A stretch of DNA of 64,000 bases, taken from positions 151,466,001 to 151,530,000 of the forward strand of contig CM075977.1 in the NCBI GenBank assembly GCA_038087875.1. The letters run 5' to 3'. Each line of letters begins with the position of its first letter. The stretch's first letter is position 1. Below the pieces are notes generated by a model. It saw only the letters and a list, made by a program, of their open reading frames with translations, did not search any database and had not been told where the DNA came from. The translations under genes and the position numbers were made by a program. The DNA is from Malacoraja senta. Its lineage: Eukaryota. This document shows, one piece after another, positions 23,647 to 35,630 of the stretch.

Positions 23647-25534
23647 TAGGAATGTTACAGAATTTTGAGATTTTAAAAATCAAGCCTGTAATTTATCCCA
23701 TCAGATAAACCATAAAAATAACTTTAATTTGATACCTAATTCACTTTCATATCTTCACTATTACAAAAGTTATGGTCATTTTCATATTCGGAAATTAGCA
23801 TCTTGTCCCCATTTGCTTTTCCATTGACTTAACACAAAAGCTGTGATCGAGGACAGTCAATTGACATAAAAGCCCATAACTTTCTTAAAAATTAAGAGAA
23901 CTGAATGAAAGTTTCAGTTATTATAGATTGAAGCATTCTGAAACAAATATGAAACATCTTACTTGGATGACCTGAAATTAAAGCAAATAATTAGTTAGTT
24001 ACCTAATTGTAGCTAATTACAAAATTGACTGTTGTGACAGAAAGAGTAATAAACGCCTTGAAAATTCAAAAATGTGATATTCTCAAGATCAGAACTTTAA
24101 TATTATTGTATTATATGCTGTAAGTCCGTAACAGACAGGTAAAGAAATAACAATTTTTAGCGAAAGACCAAGTCTTTATGGAGAAGATCAGCTGCTAGCT
24201 GGTACATTGGCATATCATAATCAGTAGCATCATCATACTCCTCAGATTGTAACCAATAAGCAACTCTGTACACCTTGTTTTTCCTCAACTTTTCAATTTT
24301 GGCATTGTAAACTACAAGTTTTTGCTCTTCAAACCACACATGACATGCCTTTCTGCCCACTACATTCCCATTAAGAATGTCCTGTAGATCATCACATTTG
24401 GAGTAGTCCAAATTCGGATAATCTCTGCGAATGCTGTCTAAATCAGTCTCTTTTGCTGGGCATTTTGATTGACAATTTTGTATTTCTTCTTCGGAGACAT
24501 CTGTTTAAAATGTAAAGAAAAAAAAACACTGAACAGCATTAACAGAAACAAGTTATTATTTGCAGATTTAGAAAAAAGAAGTAGAAATGATAAAGTTAAA
24601 CGTTAAAACAAATAGTAAATAACCAACAAAAAATTCATATTCATCAGTTCCATCAAATCAATTAAATTCATCTAATCAATTCAATTCATCTAAATTCAAT
24701 TACTAGATCTAAACATCTATCCATTTCTTAAGAAAAGGCTAAAAATTTTAAATAGCCAAAGTATCCAAATAACAAATAACAAACTGATCCCATTCACTCA
24801 ATAATTCACAATATAACATGATTTTAAAATCTCACTTTGTCATGAATTTATATGCCAAATGGAAGGAATGTTTAATGTTTAATTCCCATAAATGAATCCA
24901 GAAACATCCACTCTCAAGATAATCAAAATCATTATTTTTTTGCACAATACATCTGACTAAAGCTGTACTGTGGATATTTGGTATGAAAATATTGATCATT
25001 GATAGACAATAACACAAAATATAGATGATTTCGATGTTCTTATGACATGATTGTGCAAAAAAATAATGAATTTGATTATCTTGAGAGTGGATGTTTCTGG
25101 ATTGTGATCGATTGGATTGTGGCCGCTGCCATGATTTAAGCCCCTATCGGCAGGCAAGACACAGCCGATTCGTATTGGGGCCTAAATAACATTTTTCGCA
25201 TCATAAGATTAAAATGAAGCCACACCAAAAAGCAAGATAATATGTTAAATAAACGACATACCTTTTGTTTTGTCCTGCACTTGCGATCCGTGATGTTGAA
25301 GGCATTGAAGGCGTTAGAACTTCAATTCAGCGATGCAATCGACCAGCAACTTTAAAAAAAAACGGGAGCGGGATCGCAGAACGGATTTTCGTCATCAGCT
25401 AACAACCCGAGCAAACTCCTCTCTGACGACCAATACAAACCTGCATTTTAATCCCCCCCCCCCCCCCCCCCAAAGCCTCCGGAACCGCACGCACAGGCAG
25501 CAGGCAGATCTGGAGCACTATTGTAGCAAAGCTA
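23647..25534 (-). mobile_element. Same 7-bp-TSD DNA transposon family, copy 2 (longer, retains a coding remnant)
   Basis: Termini TAGGAATGTTACA and TGTAGCAAAGCTA; TSD ATCTGTG at 23640-23646 and 25535-25541; homologous to copies 1 and 3. Confidence 0.9.
24157..24500 (-). pseudogene. Transposon-borne coding remnant with Spin/Ssty (spindlin Tudor)-like C-terminus
   Basis: Open frame from an AG acceptor at 24502-24501 to TAA. Contains NVVGRKACHVWFE...YRVAY...MYQLAADLLHKDLVF. Domain call is by recalled similarity only. Confidence 0.55.
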
Positions 25535-25771
25535 ATCTGTGCCATTCCAAATGGAGTTTTATAATAACCCTTAGAATGGATTCCAATAGTTTGTCTATCA
25601 CCAAATTTAAATGAATGTAAATTTAGCATCCATGTAATATATGCTAACATGTATACATCTTTAGCATTCGGAACCATTTTGCTGGCAGCGTAGCATATTT
25701 TTATGTGATTTATGAGGTTGTAGGAGGAGACCAGTGGTACATAATTATTTTATTTCGCTATTTACATACAT

Positions 25772-25960
25772 ACATAGATACATAGAAAATAGGTGCAGGA
25801 GTAGGCCATTCGGCCCTTCGAGCCTGCACCGCCATTCAATATGATCATGGCTGATCATCCAACTCAGTATCCCGTACCTGCCTTCTCTCCATACCCCCTG
25901 ATCCCTTTAGCCACAAGGGCCACATCTAACTCCCTCTTAAATATAGCCAATGAACTGGCG
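25772..25960 (-). mobile_element. CR1/HER1 3' end, low divergence
   Basis: CR1 3' UTR GGCTCGAAGGGCCGAATGGCCTACTCCTGCACCTATTTTCTATG on the minus strand. Confidence 0.85.
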
Positions 25961-26397
25961 TAAACGGACACATTTAGTTTTACTTTATGTGATATTCAGG
26001 TTTCAATGAACAAGTTTGTATTTACATTTCCTGAGAACACTGCAGTTTCTCATGTTTAATTCACTAATAATAAGTGGGAGATACCTGAGAAAGATTACTG
26101 TGCAAATGCCTAACAAGATCTGACATGTTTACAGTGAAGTTAAAAAAAAAAGTTTCAAACTTGGAAATTAAATAAAATATCTTAATATTACATTCTAATC
26201 ATTTTATTTCATGATCAATTCTCCATAACATGGATAAAGGTACATGTATCATTGTCATTAAGATATTGTTGACAAAGAATATTAATTAATTATATATTAA
26301 TAATTAATGTTTCAATGTTGCAGATTTTATGACTAATGAACATTATATCTTTTGTTTGAATAATTCAAGGTGTAAAACACAAGAGTCTCAGCAGTTG

Positions 26398-27920
26398 AGG
26401 GGCGGCCCAGTGTCGCAGTTGCATCAGAGACCCGGATTCAATCCTAACTCATGTGTGGACGGGACGTCGAAGGACGAGAAGCCGAAGACAAGAAGTGGAA
26501 GCCAGGATACCGAACTGACCCGATGCCGAAAGGATACGAAGCCGAACGGACACAACGCCAAAAGGATACAAAGCCAAACGGACACAAACCTGAATAGACA
26601 CCACGCCGCAAAGACAAGACGCAGAACGGACATGATGTTGAAAAGTCGCCAAACGGACATGATGTCTCCGGGAATGGGATTGGTCCTAGACCTTGTCAAC
26701 GATTGGTAAAGACCCCCGCATCCATCACATCACTGGCTGGGGGGAGACGGGAAGGTATGGGGAGCTTGAGCTTGCGTTTGTACAATGGTGGCAGTGACTC
26801 CAAGCTGCTGTATTGCCACAGAGGCAGTGATGTGATGGACGCCGCGGAGGTCTGGATCAATCGCTGACCATTGTCGATGACTGACAAGGTGTCGGACCAA
26901 TCCCGTCCCTGGAGACGTACAAGGTACAATTTAACTATTTAAAAATGTAACAAGGTACAACAATTCTTGCAGCAAATATAGATTTTTTAAAGTGTTTCAG
27001 TGCTTCATGCCTATTTATCATTTCGGCTTCATGTGCGTTCGGCGTCAGATTGTTTTTCGGTTTAAACCTGACGGGAAACGAACATGACGTCAAAAAGCCT
27101 CTGTGGTAATCGCAGCAGCTTGGAGTCATTGCCACCATTTTACAAACGCAAGCTCAAGCTCCCCCCCCCCCCCCCCAACCCTCCCGTCGCCTCCTGGCCA
27201 GTGATGTGATGGACGCGGGGGGGGTTTGGACCAATCGCTGACTGAAGTGGGAACATGTGCACATGTGCGGGGCTTTTCCAGAGTGTGCGCATGTGCGGGG
27301 TTTTCGGGTGGGAAAGGCCTGCGGAATCAGCCATGTTTTTCCAGACGTTTTGAAGTTATGTATTACAGAAATAAGTTGCTTAAAGCTTAAATAAAGTTAA
27401 AGTAAATTACGAGTAGTTTAAAGTTTCATTTGCCTCACAACACTGACCTTTGTCGATGACAGACAAGGTGTTGGACCAATCCCGTCCCCAGAGACGTCAT
27501 GTCTGTTTGGCGGCTTTTCGACATCATGTCCGTTCTGCGTCTTGTCTTTGCGGCGTGGTGTCCATTCAGGTTCGTATCCTTTCGGTGTGATGCACTTTCG
27601 GCTTTGTGTCCTTTCGGTGTGATGTACCTTCGGTATCTTGGCTTTTCGGCGTGATGAACTTTCGGTATATTGGCTTTTCGGCGTGATGTACTTTCGGTAT
27701 ATTGGCTTCCACTTCTTGGCTTCGGCTTCTCGTCCTTCGACGTCCCATCCGGGTACCTCCTGACTATGGGTGTTGTCTGTATGAAGTTTGTACGCTCTTG
27801 CTGTAATTGCGTGTGGTTTCTGCTTCCGTAAGGTTAATCGGCTTCTGTAAATTGTAAATTGTCCCTATAGACCGGTGGGCCAAAGGGCATGTTTCCATGC
27901 TTTATCTCTAAAGTCTAAAG
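26398..27920 (+). mobile_element. HE1-like SINE split by a foldback insertion
   Basis: Head at 26398-26449 and body/tail at 27758-27920 join into the same SINE type as 5296-5608. Confidence 0.7.
26450..27757. mobile_element. Foldback-type (Mutator/Rehavkus-like) non-autonomous element with long modular TIRs
   Basis: About 240-290 bp inverted arms (26457-26697 and 27461-27750) containing ~15-bp periodic CCGAA/TTCGG units. TSD-like TCCTAACT / TCCTGACT (26442-26449, 27758-27765). Confidence 0.75.
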
Positions 27921-29128
27921 TCCCATGACTTTAACTCAAACCAATTTTATAGCATCAAATAAAAAGTTTGGGTTTATAACAATCAATCATTATGCCACAT
28001 CGACATTGCATATGATTTAATAAATTAGATTAGATTAAATTTATGTTATGCTTTACCTGCCCAGGCATGCCCAACTTGAAGTATATGGATTGATTGAAAA
28101 TTAGGCAAACCATCCTTCATTCCAATTAATTACTGTATATAAAGTATATCTAAGTATAAAAATGAAAGTCACACAGAATTTCAAATTTTACGGGACTCCA
28201 GCGCTCCAACCCCCCCTCCCCCCCCCGCCCGCTCGCCCACCAATTCCTATAATGTTTACATTAATATTTCCAGCACAATAGATCAGTGAATAAATGCACC
28301 ACCCAGATACTCAAACTGAGGAGGAGAAAAATATTTCCAGATTTAATTCCAAGGTGCAAGGTTCATTGGTCTCAATCTAGCAGTAATTACATAAATCCTT
28401 CTGGATTAGAAGATTGGGTGGGCATTCATTCTTAAATTCTGTGACAGGATTCTTGCTGGAAAATATATATTAGGTACAGTTGTGATGTTTCCTCCACAGA
28501 CCGTGCAGAAAATAAACCAAGGTGTGGTGAAAGAGCTTTGTTGTTCCTTGGAACTGTTATCAAATAAAAGTTAGCAATCCTCTCATGTACACAGTGTTTG
28601 CTCAGCTTTAACACTGAAGCTGAGCAAACAATGTCAAAAGGCATTGTTTAGACATCATTACTCAAAATTGTAGTTTGCAGTACCGAGTTAGATATTGCAT
28701 ACTGAAGCCGGGTTTAATCATACGATTAAGGTCTGTTTTGGAGGTAGACAAAAATGCTGGAGAAACTCAGGAGGTGAGGCAGCATCTATGGAGCACTGCA
28801 GTATCTGCAGTGGTCTGTTTTGGAATTACTTAAGGAGGGGTGAATCTTGCCTGAGCTGCTGGCAGGTAGTGCATGCCTCCATCTTCTTCAAGGTAGATTC
28901 TTCCCTGTAATTACTATTACTCTTTCCCCATGTTGCCAATGTCCTCAGGCACTGCATCACACTCTCATCCTCTCAGTGACAACCACCTGATTGTTTCTTT
29001 AAATTATCTTTTACCACCCCCTCCTCCAAGAAAGTGGTAGCAATTCAGGCAGATAATATTCCATCAAATAAATGCTTTAGAGATTTAAGTTTATGACTTT
29101 GATTTTTAAAAATCAAATTGTTATTTTC

Positions 29129-30226
29129 TATTGAATGGAACACGTCCCTGTACATCAACTTCATCGACTTTGAGAAAGCGTTTGACAGCTTAGACAGGAC
29201 AACACTATGGCGCCTAATGGACCACTATGGAATTCCCACCATCATAAACTTAATCAAGAACTCGTATGATTGAACCTCATGCAAAGTTATGCATGCAGGC
29301 CAGCTCTCTCAGAGCTTTAGTGTCAGGGCGGGCGTCAAGCAGGGATGTCTATTGTCACCATTCCTGTTCCCCCTGGCAATTGACTGGATCATGATGGAAA
29401 CAACTGAAGGGAAAAGAAATGGAATTCAGTGGACAATGTGGGAGCAGCTAGATGATCTTGACTTTGCAGACGACATAGCTCTCCTTTCACACACACAGGT
29501 TAAAATGCAGGAGACGACAGACAGACTCTCACAAGCTGCAACAAAACTTGGTCTTACACCCAACACAGCAAAGACACAGGTGATGAGGATCCACTCCAAA
29601 ACCAGCAACCCTATCCTTTTGCACAGCACTGCTCTAGAGGAGGTAGAAACATTCACATACCTAGGCAGAGTTGTGGACATCACCAGAGGGGCAGAGGCAG
29701 ACTTAAAAAGGAGAATCAATAAGGCCAGGGTGGTGTTTAACATGCTCAGGAAGATCTGGAGCTCAAAACACATCTCAATCAACACCAAAATACCCATCTT
29801 TATCTCAAATGTGAAACAGGTGATGCTGTATGGATCAGAGACATGGAAAACAACAAAACACACGACAAACAGGCTGCAAACATTCATTAACACCTGCCTT
29901 AGGAGAATACTTAACATCTGGTGGAGAGACAAAGTAAGTAATGTGGACCTGTGGAAAAGAACAAGCCAGGAGCCCATTCAAAGGAGAAAATTGAGTTGGA
30001 TTGGACACACGCTCAGGAAACCTGCCACAAATATCACCCGGCAAGCCCTGAAATGGAACCCCCAAAAAGGAAAAGAGGAACAGCTGGAGAAGAGGTGTCC
30101 AGACAGAAATGTCTGAGAGTGGGCCCAACTGGGGAGATCGTGAAAGAACTACCAACAACCGAGTGAGGTGGAGGACATTTGTCAATGGCCTATGCTCCCG
30201 AGAGGTACAAAGGGCTTAAGAAGACG
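29129..30226 (+). mobile_element. 5'-truncated RTE-clade LINE
   Basis: YINFIDFEKAFDS, GVKQGCLLSP, LDFADDIALL and LYGSETW motifs; 12-bp TSD ATTGTTATTTTC at 29117-29128 and 30227-30238. Confidence 0.93.
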
Positions 30227-31529
30227 ATTGTTATTTTCAATTGTTTTCTATACCCCCATTTTGACCAGGGATTTAGAATAGTGTGAAAAGGAGAGAACTT
30301 TAGAGTGCATTCTCCAGAAAGGCACAATTCCATTCCTCTTGAATTGTTCTTCAGCATGAATAGAGGGAAAGCACATTGGAAGAAGCATAAGGCACAAGGA
30401 GTTGATGCATTATCAAGAACTGGCCATTGAAACCAAACTCCATTGTGATTCTGATTCTTACCCACACAACTGTGGTTGTATAGGTTTGTGGTAATATAGA
30501 TTTGTGGTAATATAGGTTTGTGGTGATGTCTTGATGGAACTTAACCCCAGGATTTCTTGCCCATTGGCATCATAATTAACAGACCCTGTCCTTTGAGAGC
30601 ATATTAGTGTACTGAGGGGTGAGCAGATTTGTGAGCAAAGGGAAATTAATTATAGTGGGCTCCTGGTTGTGGAATAATTCAGATCACAAGCTGCTGGAAC
30701 TGGGTTATGGGGAATCCAAGTGTCCAAATTGCACACTGTGATAATGATAGTGGAAATGATGTGAGGTTTATGGAGCAGCTGCATGAGCTCAGATGAAGAA
30801 CTCCTCAAGCTCCTTCTAGGAAGCTATTTTCATACGAATGAAATGAATTCTGTCAACCTGTTTTGCCTGCTTCAAATGCTAAGATTCCTGAAGCTTGGGA
30901 AGCTGGATATTTGTGATTAAACATGTTGTTTATGTACTGGATACTATATGTACCTTAGATCTTCTCAAAGTGGGACCTGGTCAAAATGCAAGGCACATGT
31001 AAAAGTAGGAATGAAATGAGTACTGTAATTAAGATTACAACCATGAATTTAACAAAGATTATTGGGATCTGGGTTCCTGAAATGTAATCATTTATATCTA
31101 TATAATTAAAAGTCTCATCTTCAACACTTCCTGTCTGCGCTGTCTATTGATTTTAGAAAAAACGCTACCATATATCGCTATGATTTGTGGGCACCTTACT
31201 CACAGTCCTCCTCCGCTGAGGCAGCCCCGAGAATTTTTCCGATCGATGAAAAATAAAAAAGTTCTAAATGTTTTAAAAATCTTTAGATCAGCTGATTGGT
31301 CCTCGCGCCTGTCAATCACCATGATGAAGGTAACGCCCCTTCCGGGGGTGGGGGGGTGGGGGACAGGACTATTAAACCCCGGATGCCTGGACGTGAGTCA
31401 GTCACTCTGGAAGATCGCAAAGGAGAGGCTACAACTGTGATTCTGCTGTGAGTCAACTGAACTGAGTCTACTGAACTGTGAGTCTGCAATGTACTTGCAA
31501 TAAATGATTTGTTAGCCCGTAATTAAACT

Positions 31530-31792
31530 AAAATGAGTTGTTTCGCCTGCCCTGTGCATGAAAATGAAATGGAAATGGAAATTAATTGAAATTAAAATGA
31601 GATGAGTTGTTTGGCCTGCCCTGTGCTTGAAACTGAAATGGCAATGGAAATGAAATGAAATGAAAATGAGATGAGTTCTTTAGCCTGCCCCGTGCTTGAA
31701 ACTGAAATGGCAATGGAAATGAACTGAAATGAAAATGAGATGAATTGTTTGGCCTGCCCTGTGCTTGAAACTGAAATGGCAATGGAAATGAA
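31530..31792. repeat. Minisatellite of about 60-70 bp units (TTTGGCCTGCCCTGTGCTTGAAACTGAAATGG...), resuming at 32735-32810
   Basis: About four visible units, interrupted by the CR1 insertion. Confidence 0.85.
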
Positions 31793-32734
31793 ATAGACAA
31801 TAGACAATAGGTGCAGGAGTAGGCCATTCGGCCCTTCGAGCCAGCACGGCCATTCAATGTGATCATGGCTGATCATCCCCAATCAGTACCCCATTCCTGC
31901 CTTCTCCCCATATCCCCTGACTCCGCTATTTTTAAGAGCCCTATCTAGCTCTCTCTTGAAAGTATCCAGGGAACTGGCCTCCACCGCCCTCTGAGGCAGA
32001 GAATTCCACAGACTCACAACTCTTTGTGAAAAAAAGTGTTTCCTCATCTCCGTTCTAAATGGCTTACTCCTTATTCTTAAACTGTGGCCTGGTTCTGGAC
32101 TCCCCCAACATCGGGAACATGTTTCTGCCTCTATCGTGTCCAAACCCTTAACAATCTTATATGTTTCAATAAGATTCCCTCTCATCCTTCTAAACTCCAG
32201 AGTGTACAAGCCCAGCTGCTCCATTCTCTCAGCATATGACAGTCCCACCATCCCGGGAATTAACCTTGTAAACCTACACTGCACTCCATCAATAGCAAGA
32301 ATGTCCTTCCTCAAATTAGGGGACCAAAACTGCACACAATACTCCAGGTGTGGTCTCACTAGGGCTCTGTACAACTGTAGAAAGACCTCTTTGCTCCTAT
32401 ATTCAATTCCTCTTGTTATGAAGGCCAACATGCCATTCGCTTTCTTCACTGCCTGCTGTACCTGTATGCTTATTTTCATAGACTGATGTACAAGGACCCC
32501 CAGATCCCGTTGTACTTCCCCTTTTCCCAACTTGACACCATTTAGATAGTAATGTGCCCTCCTGTTTTTGCTACCAAAGTGGATAACCTCACATTTATCC
32601 ACATTAAACTTCATCTGCCATGCATCTGCCCACTCCCCCAACCTGTCCAAGTCACCCTGCATTCTCATAGCATCTTCCTCACAGTTCACACTGCCACCCA
32701 GCTTTGTGTCATCTGCAAATTTGCTAATGTTACT
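31793..32734 (-). mobile_element. Young 5'-truncated CR1/HER1 LINE
   Basis: ORF 31883-32815 contains ISKFADDTKLGG...LVRPHLEYCVQFWSP...FFSQRVVSLWNSLP; (TCTATTG)n tail. Confidence 0.95.
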
Positions 32735-33104
32735 AATGAGTTGTTTGGCCTGCCCTGTGCTTGAAATTGAAATGGAAATGAAATGAAATGAGTTGTTTGG
32801 CCTGCCTGAAACCACTCATTTCGGCCCACAAGGCCCCTATTAGCCGAGAAACCAGTCCCTTTTGCCCAAAATGCCCGTATTAGCCCACCAAGAGCATTTT
32901 GGCCCCAAAGGCCCGTGCCAGGCCAGAAAAAGTGCCTTTCACTGAGATTTTACTCTTATAAAGTCCCTTCAGCCCATCAGGCCTGTACTATCCCAGGAGG
33001 GGTCCCTTCGGCCCATCAGTAAGTATTCCCCTTGCAAGTATTAAACCTCACCCCAGTATTTTTCTCCCTCCCTTCATTGGCTCCCTGTGAGATCCAGGCC
33101 AGGA

Positions 33105-33995
33105 TAGACTTTCCTTTTTGCCTTGGCGATGAACATGATCATCAAGTCAGGAATGCGCCAACCACCAATCAGAGCCTTCATGGACGACCTGACTGTCACC
33201 ACTGAGTCAGTACCAGGAGGCAGGTGGATCCTGCAGGGGTTGGAGAAACTGATTGGATGGGCAAGGATGAGGTTTAAGCCAGGAAAATCAAGGTCACTGG
33301 TGCTGAAGAAGGGCAAAGTCATGGACAGGTTCCGCTTCAGCATCGAAGGGACACCAATCCCAACCGTCTCCGAAAGGCCAGTGAAGAGTCTTGGCAAGGT
33401 GTTTAACAGCAGCCTGAAGGATACAGCATCTGTCCAGGCAACCTGTCAGGAGCTGGAGAGTTGGTTGCGAGCAGTGGACCGGTTGGGACTTCCCGGCAAG
33501 TTCAAGGCATGGATCTACCAGCATGGAATCCTGCCACTGCTTGTCTATGGTCGCAATATCCATCGTTGAGAGATTGGAGAGGAAAGTCAGCAGCTTTCTC
33601 AGGAGGTGGCTGGGACTGCCCAGGAGCCTTAGCAGCATCTCCCTATACAGAAATAACACCAAGCTCCAGCTGCCCCTGAAGTCCCTGGTGGAGGAGTTTA
33701 AGGTGACTCGGGCCAGAGAGGTGATGTTGTACAGCGGCCCCAAGGTGGCTCAGGCAGGGGTGGAGGTGAAAACTGAGAGGAAGTGGAGAGCCGGCGAAGC
33801 CGTGCTGCAAGCGGAGTCTCGGATACGCCACAGAGTCCTGGTGGGAGCAGTGACTCGGGGAAGAGCTGGCCTGGGAATCTTCCCATCTCCCCAGTTTGAC
33901 AAGGCCAAGGGGAAGGAGAGACCCGAAACACCCAATGACCCCAGGTTACATCACTGATGTTGTGTTCAGGAGCATCTATAGATGTATTTGTATCA
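33105..33995 (+). mobile_element. Internally deleted R2/Hero-like non-LTR retrotransposon fragment
   Basis: RQPPIRAFMDDLTVTT, WARMRFKPGKSRSLVLKKG, LRRWLGLP and LVEEFKV, then a jump to a 3' UTR. Confidence 0.8.
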
Positions 33996-34109
33996 ATCCT
34001 CCTTCATTGCTGTGATCTGTAGAAATAGATGAAAAATGTCTAAAATTGATTCTCCCCCTTCTCTCTCACAGTCTCTCACCTGTTTTGGGCAGAATTTCTG
34101 GCAGTTTCA

Positions 34110-34393
34110 GAGCTGCCGGCCCACCAGCCCTGAGTGACTGAGCTGCCAGCCCACCAGGCCTGAGTGACTTAGCTGCCAGCCCACCAGGCCTGAGTGACTG
34201 AGCTGCCACCCCACCAGGCCTGAGTGACTGAGCTGCCACCCCACCAGGCCTGAGTGACTGAGCTGCCAGCCCACCAGGCCTGAGTGACTGAGCTGCCAGC
34301 CCAACAGGCCTGAGTGACTGAGCTGCCCGCCCACCACGCCTGAGTGACCGAGCTGCCAGCCCAACAGGCCTGAGTGACTGAGCTGCCAGCCCA
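34110..34393. repeat. 30-bp minisatellite GAGCTGCCAGCCCACCAGGCCTGAGTGACT, about 9.5 copies
   Basis: Contiguous near-identical units with no spacers. Confidence 0.95.
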
Positions 34394-34655
34394 AGAATCC
34401 ATTCGGCCCGCAATGTCCATACTAGCCCTCTGGAAACCAGTCCCTTCAGCCCACAACACCCATACCCCCTCCCACTGGCCACCAATATAGGAATTGGTGA
34501 AGAGGTGAAATACTGCATTGGGGGACCAGCCCTCCTGTGTGAAAACGGGTCCCACTTAGTCTAGTGAGTCATATCAGTACTGCAGGACATCACAATAAAA
34601 CACCTGGGAGCATTAATAACTAATTTATCCAACTAAAAAAAAAAAAAATCAGATT

Positions 34656-34674
34656 TTTATTAAAATAGTTTATT
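34656..34674 (-). promoter_or_regulatory. Tandem AATAAA polyadenylation signals of the SLC27A6-like gene
   Basis: TTTATT on + at 34656-34661 and 34669-34674, about 220 nt past the stop, followed on the minus strand by a U-rich tract (A-run near 34636-34648). Confidence 0.55.
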
Positions 34675-34892
34675 AACTATTTTTTAAATGTATTTAATAT
34701 CAAGAATGCAGTTTGTTACTGAACCACACATTAAACTTATGTACAAGTTTAAAAAATCCTGCAAAATTACATCTTATGATAAAATGTTGATAAAATACAA
34801 CCTATTAAAATTAATGTTACAAGATTATTTGCTGATCAAATGAATTGATTTCTGTGATCATAATATCAAAATTTGCCAAATTTGAATACGGC

Positions 34893-35069
34893 TCATAATT
34901 TTATTTTGAATGACAAAATATTGTTGTATATTTCTTCCGTCATAGAAATGTAAGATTTCTCAGAAGTATCCAGGAAATACAATGCGTCACTTATTATTTT
35001 ATGATTAAATGCTTCTTCTACCAAATTGATTTTTGTCCTCTTGAATGTTCCAGTCATCTCCATGGTTTT
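34893..35069 (-). CDS. slc27a6: SLC27A6-like terminal coding exon (177 bp including TGA)
   Basis: AG acceptor at 35071-35070. Translates KTMEMTGTFKRTKINLVEEAFNHKIISDALYFLDTSEKSYISMTEEIYNNILSFKIKL*. The C-terminal IKL matches SLC27A6 as recalled. Not in the ORF track. Confidence 0.9.
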   Translation of the reverse strand, partial: KTMEMTGTFKRTKINLVEEAFNHKIISDALYFLDTSEKSYISMTEEIYNNILSFKIKL

Positions 35070-35199
35070 CTAAATTGTAGTAAAACAAATAGAACCAGGT
35101 TACAATTTGAATTTTTTCCCACCAAAAAATCATCTACTTTAATTGCAGTGCCCATTCTACCTTTATCTACAGTTATCAAAAGGTTTCAATGGCTCAGGG

Positions 35200-35630
35200 T
35201 CATTGGGTCATACTGCATGGAAACAGGTCCTTCAACCTAACTTACCCATGCCAGGATACCCCATCTACGCTAGTCACATCTGTTCACGTTTGATACAGAT
35301 CCTGCTAAATGCTCCCTATCCATGTATCTGTCCAAATGTCTTTTAAATGTTGTTATAGTACCTGCCTCAATCACCTGCTCTGGCAGTTTGCTGCATATAC
35401 CCACCACCCTCTGTGAAAATGTTGCCCAGCAGGTTCTTACTAAATCGTTCCCCTCTTACCTTGAACTCTCCAGTAATTCTTGATTCCCTTACTCTGGGTA
35501 AAATGCTCTGTGCATTCACCCTATCTATTCCCCTTATGATTTTATGCAACTCTATAAAATCACCCCTGTGCCTCCTACACTACAAGGAATAAAGTCCTAG
35601 CCTGCCCAACCTCTCCCTATAGTTCGGGGT
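35200..35630 (-). mobile_element. CR1 3' fragment (intronic)
   Basis: HKIIRGIDRVNAQSILPRV motif and CR1 tail. Confidence 0.75.

Larger units (their letters stand above)
31097..34564 (+). mobile_element. Non-autonomous Helitron-like element containing minisatellites and two nested LINEs
   Basis: 5' A|TCTATATAATTAAAA; 3' GGGACC...GGTCCC pairing followed by CTAG|T; no TSD. Confidence 0.7.

Noticed and set aside
29426-29977. 183-aa antisense ORF and similar antisense ORFs over LINE and Gypsy regions
   Set aside because: Shadow frames of retroelement coding sequence, with no recognisable motifs.
34110-34393. 30-bp repeats as a possible CRISPR array or repeat protein (ORFs 34066-34555)
   Set aside because: Units are contiguous with no unique spacers, there are no cas genes and the context is eukaryotic. 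ORFs in all three frames reflect a stop-free minisatellite.
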